A stretch of 63,089 bases of DNA, the filler included, from Kipferlia bialata (taxonomy: Eukaryota): NCBI GenBank assembly GCA_003568945.1. It is 6 parts of 6 records of this genome, joined end to end, with 100 filler letters (N's around TTAATTAATTAA, not from the genome) between each part and the next. Parts side by side here need not be neighbours in the genome. Positions count along the whole stretch, not along the records: positions 36,600 to 48,693 come from BDIP01001135.1; positions 48,794 to 60,884 come from BDIP01001136.1; 4 more parts are not named here. One strand, given 5' to 3'. Every line of letters starts with the position of its first letter. Position 1 is the stretch's first letter. Below the pieces are notes generated by a model. It was not told the origin of the DNA and searched no databases. It was given only the letters and a program-made list of their open reading frames with translations. A program made the translations under genes and the position numbers. This document shows positions 40,801 through 53,165 of this stretch, in pieces.

Positions 40801-42054
40801 TGCCTCTGGCTGGGTGTCTCTCTGTCTCTCCCTCTCCCTCTGCTGCTCTCCGGCACCTGCCTTGTCCAGGTGCTTGGGGTGAGTGACTACAAATACAAAC
40901 ATATATATATATGCACACACACACACACACATATATATATACATTTACACATGGATGCCCCTACCTTCATACTGGCCGATGTGTGTGCTGCATAGCCCTG
41001 GAGGGGTAGGGACAGACGGGTGTGGGCAGCCTGGTATTAGAGCAACAGAGTACTGCATGAACCATTGTCATGTCTTGGTATAGGTATTACCATCACTCTC
41101 ACCCTAACAATTGTATATACTTTGACTGTGCCTCTACTGTCTTCACTTCTCTCTCTGTCAATCTCTCTCTCTCTCTCTCTCTACATATATATATATATAT
41201 ATATATATTGCTGATACATCTACCTTGACTGCCTGTGCCTCTGCTGTCTGCTGTGCCTCGAAGAAGGCAATGGCTGCATCAGCTCTGACAGTGAGAGGGA
41301 GAGCAGGAAGATAGAGAGAACACACACAGAGAGAGAATAGGCAATGACTGCATCGGCCCTGGGGATAAGAGACACAGATTGGGGTTAGAGGAATTGAGAG
41401 AGAGAGATAATAGGCGGGTGGATACACCAGCTATATCCATTAGTATCACTGGAGTATACACACCTTGCTATCAATATAGATAAATAGAAATGTAGTATAT
41501 ATGTATATCATCCAACCCCCACCTTGCTATCAGCTTGTTGATGGTGGCATCCCTCCTAGCACCTGGGGAGGGGTTCTTGGCCAGGTGCTTCAGACCTGGG
41601 TGAGGGTATATATATATACATAGGTGTATTGAATATACTATACAAACATACTATATGCATATTATGTAATTGTCGCTACCTTGGCTAGCATATCTGCCCA
41701 GCTTGGTCAGGTGGCGCTGGTCTGCCCTAAGGGGAGAGAGAGAGAGAGAGAGATGCATATACACATATACTGATGTACACACGTATATCGATACACACTC
41801 GATATATACTATATACACACCTAGTCTGTGCGTGCATCTCATCGATGGGCGCAGGGTAGAAGGGAGAGATACACAAATATATACATATACACACATATAC
41901 ACATACATTGTCTGAGCATGCATCTCTCTCTCTACACACACATACATATACACATACCTTGTCTGAGCATGCATCTCATCGAAGGGTGCAGTGTAGAAGG
42001 GGGGTGTCAGTTCCATCATGTGGGAGGTGAAGGCAGGGGAGGAGTGGTCGCAGG
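37884..42054 (-). CDS. MAEA: MAEA/Fyv10/GID9, CTLH (GID) E3 ligase RING subunit
   Basis: N-terminus MELTPPFYTAPFDEMHAQTRADQR; LisH ELRLIVEYLMAAGHSASASELAAACQCQDLVDI; CTLH SILSALEAGDVGPAQDWLRQH..SLEVQLKLQ; degenerate RING GCPLEDPLMRQIAHGMPFIARTRTYLVCPVTKQPF...LYSEAAL...FKRLYIMT*. Confidence 0.85.
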
Positions 42055-42167
42055 CTGGGATGAATATATAAATGTATATACATATATATACATTTAGATA
42101 AAATTGCAGGGAGAGAGAGGGGGGGGCGAAGACATGGGTCGCAGGGAGGGGGTCAGGGAGACATGAA

Positions 42168-42206
<39 letters not shown>

Positions 42207-42458
42207 GATAGAGAGTGTTGAAGTCTGTCTGGTTTGGGAGGTACACAATGAATACACATATAGGCAGAGACGGATGGGGGGGGGGGGGGGGGGAGGGGGG
42301 GGGGGGGGGGGGGGGGGGGGGTTGAGATAAACAAAGAAGTGGATCTCAATTGCACTCCCTGAGCATTAACTCCAATGATACTAAATACTATGTATATCGA
42401 CCGTAATAGACTGATACGAGTGTCAGTGCCCGACTGATGATACAGATACATGACCCCC

Positions 42459-42856
42459 ACCTTGTGAACTTGGACAGCCTCTGTGTCAATGAGGTGGCCA
42501 GGGCACTGAAGGAGTGGTGGTCGATGGTCTCTGCACAGGTGAGAGGCAGAGGGATACTTACACTACGGGCAGGGCACAACACCAAATCCACAGGTAGAAC
42601 CAAACACCTCCATAAATATATATCAGCACCAACTCTCAGGCACAATTTGGTTGCTTCTTCATACAGTAGACCAAATGAAGTATAGAGTGTTGGTCTTATA
42701 CATATTGCGAAACCAAGAATGCGAGATGTTACAATAGACGAATACACACTATGTCTCCGTTCTATACCAGAGCTGCATACCTCCATCACTGGCCCTCAGA
42801 GTCCTCCTGAAGAGTCTGTCGATCTTGTGGATAGCCTTCGAGTTCCCGCTACGCAT
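42459..42856 (-). CDS. Two 5' exons of a hypothetical protein (link to MAEA unresolved)
   Basis: MRSGNSKAIHKIDRLFRRTLRASDG-ETIDHHSFSALATSLTQRLSKFTR across a GT-AG intron. Its phase does not match the exon at 42054, and a poly-G run at 42276-42321 lies between them. Confidence 0.4.
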
Positions 42857-43042
42857 TGTAGGTCGCTCTAGAGAGAGGGGCGCGTGCCAGGCTGGTGTCA
42901 GTGGCTGGGATTTTTGACTCAGGTTGAAGGGTTTAGCGTGAGCAATAGGTCCTCGGCACTGACCTCTCCTTCACTCCATACCGGGTTGGTAGGTGCGGTA
43001 TCAGAGGACTCTTGCTATCAGGGAGACCCTTAGTACTTAAGG

Positions 43043-44260
43043 ATGCACCGCATTGGGGGTAAGGAGGACCTGCACTCTGTGAAGGAGCAGCTGGATGGGC
43101 TGCGCACCAGTCTGTCTGAGAGAGAGGCCCAGCAGGGGGTGCTGGCCTCTGACCTCGAGGCCCAGGAGGCACAGGTGAGGCAGGGCGGGGAGGACTCGGC
43201 CCAGATCCTGGCCTCCTGCCTGAGTCTGGAGACCCAGCTGGGTGAGATCAGGACCAAGCTGGACGGCATCAGTGGCAGTGTGGGGGACGTGGAGCACCTG
43301 CCCACGCTCAAGGACGTGCGGGAACTGGCAGACGAGATAGGTGGGTAGTAGAGGGGTGCTGGCTGTTGTTGTCTTCCATTCTTCCATTCTTCTATATATT
43401 CACATGTGCTCTCCACCTCTACACTGATATACTCGTATTTGGCATCATCCTATGTTGAGAGTTCTCTCTACCTATGGTACCACTTGTGCTATCAATACCT
43501 CTCTGACCCCAGTCTCTGAGAGGATGAGTGACGAGACCACCCTGGCTGAACTACAGGCAGAGGCAGCCACACTCACAGGTATCACCAGGGTCTCTCCATT
43601 GCATTGTACCTCTCTCCACCTCACCCCCAGGCCTGGCCTCTGCCATTGTGGACAGACTCACTCTGCAGCAGAGGCATCTGGCCAGGCAGCACGCACTGCA
43701 CACAACGGGTGAGACAGTATTATCCACTAGAATCATACTCTCTTCACTGACACTACTAATGCCCCCCCCCCCCTGACCCCCAGTGTGTCCTGTGCGTTCC
43801 ACCCTCAGTCTCACGATGCCCCAGTTTGTATACGTCAGGACCACCTCTGTGGTGGGCCTGTCTCTCTCCCTGTACTCCAGGGCGGGTCTCCCCCTCCCCC
43901 ACTCCTCCCCTGCCTATAGGGAGGCCAGGCTGGGACTGGAGGTAACATGTACAGGCCCAGACGGCACTGCCATACCCCTATCCCTCACTGGAAGTGATGA
44001 CGAGGAGGCAGAGGATGCAGAGGCAGAGGCCACTGTCCCTGATGCCCCTGAGCAGACTGGGCCCCTGCCACTCACAGCCACCCTAGACCCACTCTCAACA
44101 GGTGGGGAGGGACAGTAGCTCAGGACTATTTCAGTTAAATCCCATCTTTCTCTCCTCTCTTTCTCTCCACTTGCCCTTGTATCATTTACCCCAGGCATGT
44201 ACCGTGTCGAGGCCTGTGTCGAGTCCCTGGGTCTGTCGGGCAGGACATCCACATACTCAG
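43043..44260 (+). CDS. Coiled-coil plus filamin/Ig-like domain protein, 3'-truncated at N gap 44386-44627
   Basis: Heptad-rich exon 1 (LHSVKEQLDGLRTSLSERE...), then VCPVRSTL...LSLSLYSRAG.P...LEVTCTGPDG...GMYRVEACV, which fits the filamin-repeat pattern. Confidence 0.6.
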
Positions 44261-44328
44261 GTACATATATATTCAGAGAGTATCAGTACATAGTGTTATG
44301 TGTTCCTGATATTGTTGGTACAGTTTGT

Positions 44329-44371
<43 letters not shown>

Positions 44372-44630
44372 TCGTCCCACCGGGGNNNNNNNNNNNNNNN
44401 NNNNNNNNNNNNNNNNNNNNNNNNNNNNNNNNNNNNNNNNNNNNNNNNNNNNNNNNNNNNNNNNNNNNNNNNNNNNNNNNNNNNNNNNNNNNNNNNNNNN
44501 NNNNNNNNNNNNNNNNNNNNNNNNNNNNNNNNNNNNNNNNNNNNNNNNNNNNNNNNNNNNNNNNNNNNNNNNNNNNNNNNNNNNNNNNNNNNNNNNNNNN
44601 NNNNNNNNNNNNNNNNNNNNNNNNNNNGGA

Positions 44631-44663
<33 letters not shown>

Positions 44664-45031
44664 AGGGGGGGTCAAATGTGACACAGAGTCTGTGGATAAC
44701 ACTGAGAGGTGGGTGGGGTAGATGGAGTCGGTCACACTCACTCACAGTCAGCAGTAGAATGGTGTCACTATGGGGGTACCTCTTTGCGTCACCGTATGCT
44801 AGGCAACCCCAACTCGTGTCTCTTCTCTCAGAGTCTACAAACACCTAGTCAGACAGTCTAGAGACACTCAGACTGGCCTGGCTTGATACAGAGTGAACAT
44901 GAGTGACTGGTGATGAGCCAACCCTTTTGTGTTCTGTTTCTTCCAAAAAGGAAGTATGAGGGTCTAGCCTCGAGTCAGTGTCATCTCTCTTTTAAGCTCT
45001 CACCCTTCACTCGTCCGCATAGTGAAGCGTC

Positions 45032-48000
45032 ATGAGCGGCATCCCACCCCCACCACCCCCACCGCCCCCTGTGGTGTCGGCGCCTCCCCCCCCTCCCCCA
45101 CCCCCCGTCGTGTCAGCCGGAGCCCCTCCCCCACCCCCACCCCCCAGTGCACCTCAGGTACCAGGCATATGTAGCAGATATATATAGTGAACGCAGGTTG
45201 ATATGATAGCATATGTGCTTATAGATATGCAAGTTGTTGCTTGTAGTTGCTTGTGGTTATCCACATATCCATTCCCCCACTGTTTTGTAGAGTTGATACT
45301 CCAATTACTCTCCCTATATACTTCTCTCTCATCGAGAGGTTATCATGTAGTATTGTTGATATTCCCTACATAGTCGCCTGAGATGCGCGGGTGATGGGAT
45401 AGTGTATGAAGGAGTGTCATTCATATGGCTTTGTGTTCAGTGTACGTATATATATATGATTCGACTGCTCTATGTCTGGCCCTTGCTACTCGCACCCCAC
45501 ACACGTCTCACCCCTAGTTCGTGACATATATAGTTCGTGAATACTATACTGCTCTATCCCTTCTCACCCAGCCCGTGACTCTGTTCAATGTACTATTTAC
45601 TATATATACATAACATACATATACTATATGAATATAGAGTGAGTTCCCTTTGTGTATATGCCTCACCCGCAGCCCGTGACTCTTCTGGCTGACCCAGTGT
45701 CTGTGTCTGCACCCCTCCCAATGCCGGACCAGGTACTCTCTCTCTGTGTGTGTCTCCCCCACTGTCTCGCTCGTAATCTCTCTCTCTGTGTGTGTCTATC
45801 TGTCTATCTCTCTATGTCTCTCTCTCTCCGTGTTTCTCTTTGTCGCTCCCTGGGTAAATATGTATGCCGCTCTCCATCCTTTGTTATATGTATATATATA
45901 TATGTATATCCATGGACACTGATGACCTGCAAGTATACCACATACCTATATGACAATAGTGTCTGTTGTGTGTATATATATTCTCTGCAGTAGGATGTGC
46001 CACTGCCGTTCATTAACTATCCACACACATTCATTATGTGTATTGACCCCCTAGGCCCTCTGTTTTTGTTGATCTGTTTCTATTAGTATCGATATATATA
46101 TATGTATAGTATGTTTAGTACACTTTGACCCCTAGGCCCTGGGCACCGATGACCTTGTGGGTGAGACAGACTCCAACGACACGGGGTTCAAGAGCCTGTG
46201 GCTGTCGTGTGATAGGTGTGTATGTATGTGTACGCATAAGTATCATTGATCTGCATTGGTGTTTGAAATAGTATACTAATGGGATTGAGAAGTATTAAGA
46301 GCCTACGGCTGTCATGCGATAGGTATATATATATGTGTACGCGTATATATTCATATGGGTGTGTGTGTATCAGTTCGAATAGGCAGTGGATATGGTATTG
46401 TGCTCTTGGATACCTCTATCATCTCCCTCTCTATCCCTATATTCACCAGAAGATTCACCAGAAATGGTCTTTGGCAGAGAGTGTCGCTCTATATTCCCAC
46501 TCTCTGCCATTATTATTGTTAATATATTGAATATATTAATACTATATGTATATGTTGAAATTTTAATTTTAATTTTACTAATTTTTACTACACTATGTTA
46601 GGATTTATTCACCCCAGGTGGTCTCTGGCCGATGAAGTCTGACTGTATTCCCCCTCTCTTCATCTATTATTGTTATATATACTATATATATATACACACT
46701 ATATATACTAACTCACCCCAGGTGGTCTCTGGCCGATGACGTCAGACTGGCCAAGTGTCTCGGGGCATTCTCCCAGCACCTCAGTGGCAGGTATGTACAT
46801 ATATATAGATATGTAATATATATGTGTGTTCCATTATCCATTATATGTCTCGGGGCATTCTCACAGCACCTCAGCGGGAGGTATGTGGTTGTATACATCC
46901 ACTAGATAGTTCATGTATAGATATAGATTTGTAATATATATATATATATATATGTACTATAGGCTTTCTATTATGTGGTCTGGGGGATTCTCACAGCACC
47001 TCAGCTGTGAGGTGTGGATTTGTGTACATCCAAGTAAATATGACACATGTATATTGAACACATCATTACTGAGTTAAATATTTGGTTAGAATGTAAACAT
47101 GAAGGTACTTCTACACTATAGTGTTTATGTGTGTTCTGACCCCCAGGGTGAGTGGTGCCCGTAAGAAGATGAGGGGACTGGAGCATGCTGTGGCAGACAC
47201 AGACCTCAAGTGAGTGGGTGTATGTATATACGTAGTCATAATATTATTTATCTGTCTCCGCTTTCCATATATGCACAGATAGTGTGTCAGTTGTCTATGC
47301 CCCTCTCTGCGGATACTGATACTGATACTGATACTGCAGGCTTCGCAACAGTGAGGGGATAATGTATACTTATTGCCAAGAGTGTCTGTATGATGTCTAT
47401 GTCCCTCACTGCAGGCTTCGCAACACCATGAGTGCATATCTCGTGCACAAGGAGACACGCTTCACAGAGACACAGGTGTGGATATGTGCATATGTATAGT
47501 ACCCATATATAACGCCAGGTAGCGGTGACGAATCTATCATATATATAGATATGTATATATAGATATGTATATAGATACATGTATACTCATATATAGTCCC
47601 CTCATATATATATATGTAACCAGGTGGGGAGTGACGAGTCAGTGTATTGAGGCAATACTATTATTTATTTTACTGCAATATATCCTATTCTATACACATA
47701 CATATACATACCGTATCTTCTTTATATAACCCAGGTGGAGAGTGACGAGTCTTTCATCCATACATGTGTACACATATATACATGTGTACACATATTTACA
47801 CATATATATACTTCATATATATATATACCCCAGGTGGAGAGTGACGAGTCATTCATATATATATATATATATATATATATACGTATGTATACACGTATAC
47901 ACGTATATATATATATATACCCCTCACCCCAGGTGGAGAGTGACGAGTCAGCCCAGACCAGACGGGCACAGACAGAGGACGCAAAGCCACACGTCACACA

Positions 48001-48288
48001 GCTCGGGCCAGGTGGGATACAGTGTGTTTATGTGTATATGTATGTGTATATGGGCATACATGTACGCATCGGTATCAGTGTTATAATATGTATATTATAT
48101 GAGTATATTTGTGTGTATATGTATCCACACGTCACATCTGGGGCCAGGTGGGCATGAAAATACATATGTATATAGTCATCTTTATATAGTCATCTGTAAA
48201 TTGTCTATGTGTACTCACCCCAGGCCCCATCCCCGATGATGGCCCTGTGTATGTGGCATCCAACACAACACTCGCAGACCTGACACAG
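45032..48288 (+). CDS. WASHC2: FAM21/WASHC2 (WASH complex subunit 2) N-terminal head domain, 3'-truncated
   Basis: RWSLADDVRLAKCLGAFSQHLSGR-VSGARKKMRGLEHAVADTDLK-LRNTMSAYLVHKETRFTETQ-VESDE matches FAM21 WSLA.D..LL..LQ.FSQ....RT......V..L..E.......L.N.FN.FL.L.N.QF.ENRV.D. Exon 1 is polyproline. Confidence 0.8.
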
Positions 48289-48642
48289 GTGGGTGATATA
48301 TGTATATAGTACATATATATATATATATAGTATATATATATATGTATTATTGTATGTGTATGATAACACTCGCAGACCTGACCCAGGTTGGTGATATATG
48401 TGTGTATATGTATATATCATATATGTATATAATTGTAGTTGTATCCATCATTATATGTGTATGATAACACTCGCAGATCTGATACAGGTACGTTATACAT
48501 ATGTTATTGTAGTTATCGTGACCCACACCGGAGTATTGTGATCCATATACCCCCCCCCCCCTAGCATAGGGATACATAAATACTTCTTACCAACTCAGTC
48601 CTGCTGTTCCCTCTGTTCTTCTCTCTCCCTCCTTCTCTCCCT

Positions 48643-48693
<51 letters not shown>

Positions 48694-48793
48694 NNNNNNN
48701 NNNNNNNNNNNNNNNNNNNNNNNNNNNNNNNNNNNNNTTAATTAATTAANNNNNNNNNNNNNNNNNNNNNNNNNNNNNNNNNNNNNNNNNNNN

Positions 48794-48846
<53 letters not shown>

Positions 48847-48936
48847 ATTCATTTGATTTCAAGTAAATACTGACTAGTGTTCTAACCCTAAGGTACATTT
48901 CTATTCCTTTTAGCAATAATGTGTTCTAACCCTTAG

Positions 48937-49605
48937 GCCTCTGTCAAGATGACCACCGAGCCCCCCAAGGGCATCAAGGCAAACATGCTAAGGTATATCA
49001 TGATGCATATATGTATAATAGCAGAGATGTATAATGTTTCATATATATATAGAGAGAGAGAGAGATTTCCAAGTGCATCAAGGCAAACATGCTGAGGTAC
49101 GGTACTGACATTGTCGAAAACATGAATATATATATGTATTCAAAAATTTGGGTAGGTAACTATATGTGTATGTTGTGACATCAGGCTGTACAACGCCCTC
49201 ACTGAGGAAACCATCAACAGGTGCAACCAGGACCCACAGAAGGACAAGGTTAGTCTCTCTCTTTCTGCCTCTCTCTCTCTAGACCCCTTATTCACCTCCA
49301 GGTCTACCGCAAGCTCCTCTTCGGTGTATCCTTCTTCCACGCCATCCTGATCGAGAGGCGCAAGTTTGGCTCCCTTGGATTCAACGTGCCCTACTCCTTC
49401 AACACCAGTGACTACTCCATATGTGAGTGTTCTAATCCATTTCTCTCACCCTCTTACACACACACACACACACATTTCTATGTACTAGGCGTGACGCTCC
49501 TCTCCAAGTGAACCTCAACCTCTCTCTCTCTCTCTCTCTCCTCTCTCTCTTTCTCCATCTCTCTCTTACATTACAGGTGTGGCCCTTCTGTCCATGTACC
49601 TCAAC

Positions 49606-49636
<31 letters not shown>

Positions 49637-49673
49637 AACACACCAGGTGTGGCCCTTCTGTCCATGTACCTCA

Positions 49674-49708
<35 letters not shown>

Positions 49709-49808
49709 ATACACTAGGTGTGGCTCTTCTGTCCATGTACCTCAACCTCTCTCTCTCTCTCTCTCTCTCTAACACACTAGGTGTGGCCCTCCTGTCCATG
49801 TACCTCAA

Positions 49809-49843
<35 letters not shown>

Positions 49844-50326
49844 AATATATCAGGTGTGGCCCTCCTGTCCATGTACCTCAACCTCTACGATGAGGTGCCC
49901 TGGGGTGCCCTCAGATACCTCACTGCAGAGGCCAATTACGGTGGAAGGTGCGTGACATAGTTGCTACAGTTACCATATCTCTCTCGGTATGTTTAATGAA
50001 TTAAATATTATATTTAATGATGAATAAATTCAATTATCTATATCTTACCCTCAGGGTGACTGACGACTGGGACAGGCGTGTCCTCCGTGTGTACATGAAC
50101 CACCTCTACTGCGATGCCGCTATCGAGACTGACAACTTCCCAATCGCACCACCTCTCACAGAGTACTACCTTCCAGCACAGGTTTGTATTTCTCTCTCTC
50201 TCTCTCTAATAAGAAGTCTCTCTCACTACATGTCTATCTCCTTCCTAGCATAGTCTCTGTGACTCTCTCTTTCTCTCCCTATCTCACTGTAAGGGAGGTG
50301 TCCAGTCCTACGTCGACTACATCCGC

Positions 50327-50371
<45 letters not shown>

Positions 50372-50514
50372 ACCCTTTATTGACTGTCAGGGAGGTGTCC
50401 AGTCCTATGTCGACTACATCCGCACTCTCTCCTCTGTCGACAACCCCGCAGTGTTTGGACAGCACCCCAACGCAGACATATCCTCACAGAGGTACATTCA
50501 TTCTCTCTCTCTCT

Positions 50515-50545
<31 letters not shown>

Positions 50546-51860
50546 CCCTTTACTCATTCCAGGCATGAGTCCAAGGCCCTCCTGGACATCCTAGTCTCCA
50601 TGCAGCCTGTCCTGGTACGAAATTACTTAATACTTACGCGATACTTTCTACTACCTGAAACTTACGCGATAGGCTGAGACCGGTGAGGGTGGCTCCTCCA
50701 GGGAGGCCCGTATCGATGCCCTTGCTGAGCAGTTGTTGAAGGACCTGCCCAAGACGATATCCAACCTGCCACCCATCGTGAGTGACATGGATGACCCACA
50801 GGTATATAGTTATATATATATATGTGTGTGTTCACACTATAGACTAGTGATATGGATCTTCATGCATTAATATCAATCATCCGTCTTCCTCCCTCTGACC
50901 CTCCAGGCCCCTCTCACTGTGTGTCTGCTCCAGGAGGCTGAGCGGTACCAGGTATGCTATTTCATTCCAACATTCAGGTCTCCATCGCGCTATATGCTTA
51001 TTCATTGTACTTACTCCTAGACCCTGCTGGACCACCTCGACTCCGACATCCACAACCTGAGACTGGGAATTAAGGGTCTAGTGGTCATGTCCCAGTACCT
51101 TGATGAGCTCGCATCCGACCTCTTCAACAACAAGTGCGTATTCTCTCTCTCTCTATTCTCTCTCTCCCTCTCGCTACATCCTCTCTTACATCAGGGTCCC
51201 CGCTTCTTGGTCTACCACCTTCCTCTCCGCCAAGAGCCTCTCCACATGGGTACAGGACCTCAAGGTATGGAGTAGCTACACGATGACCATATTTCTACAC
51301 GACGTGTGCAATTACTCACTCTGCAGGCTAGGATTGTCCAGATCCAGGCCTGGGCCAACAATGGTCCACCCAGAGTCATGTGGCTGGGAGGCCTGACCTT
51401 CCCAACAGCATACCTCACAGGCAAGACTCTCTCTCTCTCTCTTATTATCTGCCTCTCTATTCATGTGGGCGTCTTTCCCGTAGCAATGAAGGTGACCTTT
51501 CTTCCTTACCCCTAGCTCTCCTTCAGCAGATCTCTCTCTCTCTCTCATTCTTTCTCCCCATTGCTTACCCCTAGCCCTCCTTCAGCAGGCCGCCAGACAG
51601 CGTGAGTGTGCCATTGACTCTCTGACCTGGGACTTTGAGGTGACCAACGCCATCGACCCAGTCAGAGACATCAAGGTATGGTAGTATCTCTGTCTCTCTC
51701 TCTCTCTCTCTCTCCCACTTTCTATTGACCACTAGCCCTCAGGTAATATGCATATATATGTATATATATATTGATGTATATATATGTATATTAATCAATT
51801 CACTGGAATACTCTACTTGCTCTCCCTCCATTAACCCCCAGCCCTCCATGGTATGATCTT

Positions 51861-51896
<36 letters not shown>

Positions 51897-51941
51897 TCTT
51901 CTTCCCTCTCTCCCTCTCTCTATTGACCCCCAGCCCTCCAT

Positions 51942-51982
<41 letters not shown>

Positions 51983-53091
51983 ATATGTGAATCCATTAAC
52001 CCCCAGCCCTCCATGGTCCTTGGCCTAGGCCAGGGTGCCTACATCAGTGGTGTCTTTGTAGAGGGTGCAGGCTGGGACGTGGACCTGCGCTGCCTCAAGG
52101 TTGGTATATATACATATTTATAAATATATATGTATATACATATTTATATATATATATATACATATTTTCATATACTGGAATACATCAATGAATCTCTCTC
52201 TGTGTGTGGCCCTCTCATACACACTCATTCTCTCTCTGTTTCTCTCTCTCTTACCCTCTAGGAGCCCAACCCCATGCAGCTTGAGACAGCCCTCCCCGTC
52301 ATCCACCTTGTACCTATCGAGGTCTCAAAGCTCCACAGAAAGGTAAGAATAGATCAATTAGTATTAGAGGTGAATACAGTAGTTGGTTCAGAAAGATAAG
52401 GCCATGAGCTTATGTACTTCAGAGTATGAATATAGTACACCTCAGTTTGTTATCTTACCATCAGAACAAGAAGCGCGATAACGGCTCTCTGCCCGCAGTC
52501 TTCACTGCCCCATGTTACTACTACCCCCAGCGCACAGGTACAGATTCAGATTCAGTCTTCCCACTATGTTGCTATTCAATTGTCAAATACATTACACTGT
52601 TCTGCTGTGGAGTATATTGGTTTCTTTATCATTCACTTCGTGGTTGTTGTTTGATCCTCTTCTTACAACCAGGAACTCATGAGAAGCCCTCCTACACTCT
52701 CTGTTATACGATATGTAATAGTTGGATTAGTTGGATTGGTACAATACAGTACTGACAACCAGGCACCCGTGAGCCCTCCTTCATCATTGGACTTCACTTT
52801 GATCTGTTGTACACTGGTCATTCTTATATTATATTATATTTGCATTTCTCTTTACCTGTTTGGACCTGTTTAACAACCAGGCAACCGTGAGAAGCCCTCC
52901 TACTCTCTCTGTTATACGTAATATAATAGTATAATAGTTGTATGACTTGTATTAGTGCAATACAGTACTAACAACCAGGAACTCGTGAGAAGCCCTCCTT
53001 CATCATTGGAATTGAGGTCCTGACCGGCGCTCTCTCCCAGGAGCACTGGATCAAGAGGGGTGTTGGTCTGTTGCTGAACGTCGGTGACTGA
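48937..53091 (+). CDS. DNAH2: Axonemal dynein heavy chain, DNAH2 / inner-arm I1(f)-beta type; AAA6 and C-terminal domain, 5'-truncated
   Basis: [100 protein letters not shown] at 53089-53091. [16 protein letters not shown] and YYYP are DNAH2-type. Confidence 0.93.
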
Positions 53092-53165
53092 TCTGTCTAC
53101 ATATAACTATACACACTGCAAGGGATATTCTATCAGTGGGTATTGTGGTTTGATGTCATCGAGTT

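Noticed and set aside
49489..49853. Echo copies as Dscam-style mutually exclusive exons
   Set aside because: The copies carry only one splice signal and run into microsatellite, so they are not complete cassette exons.
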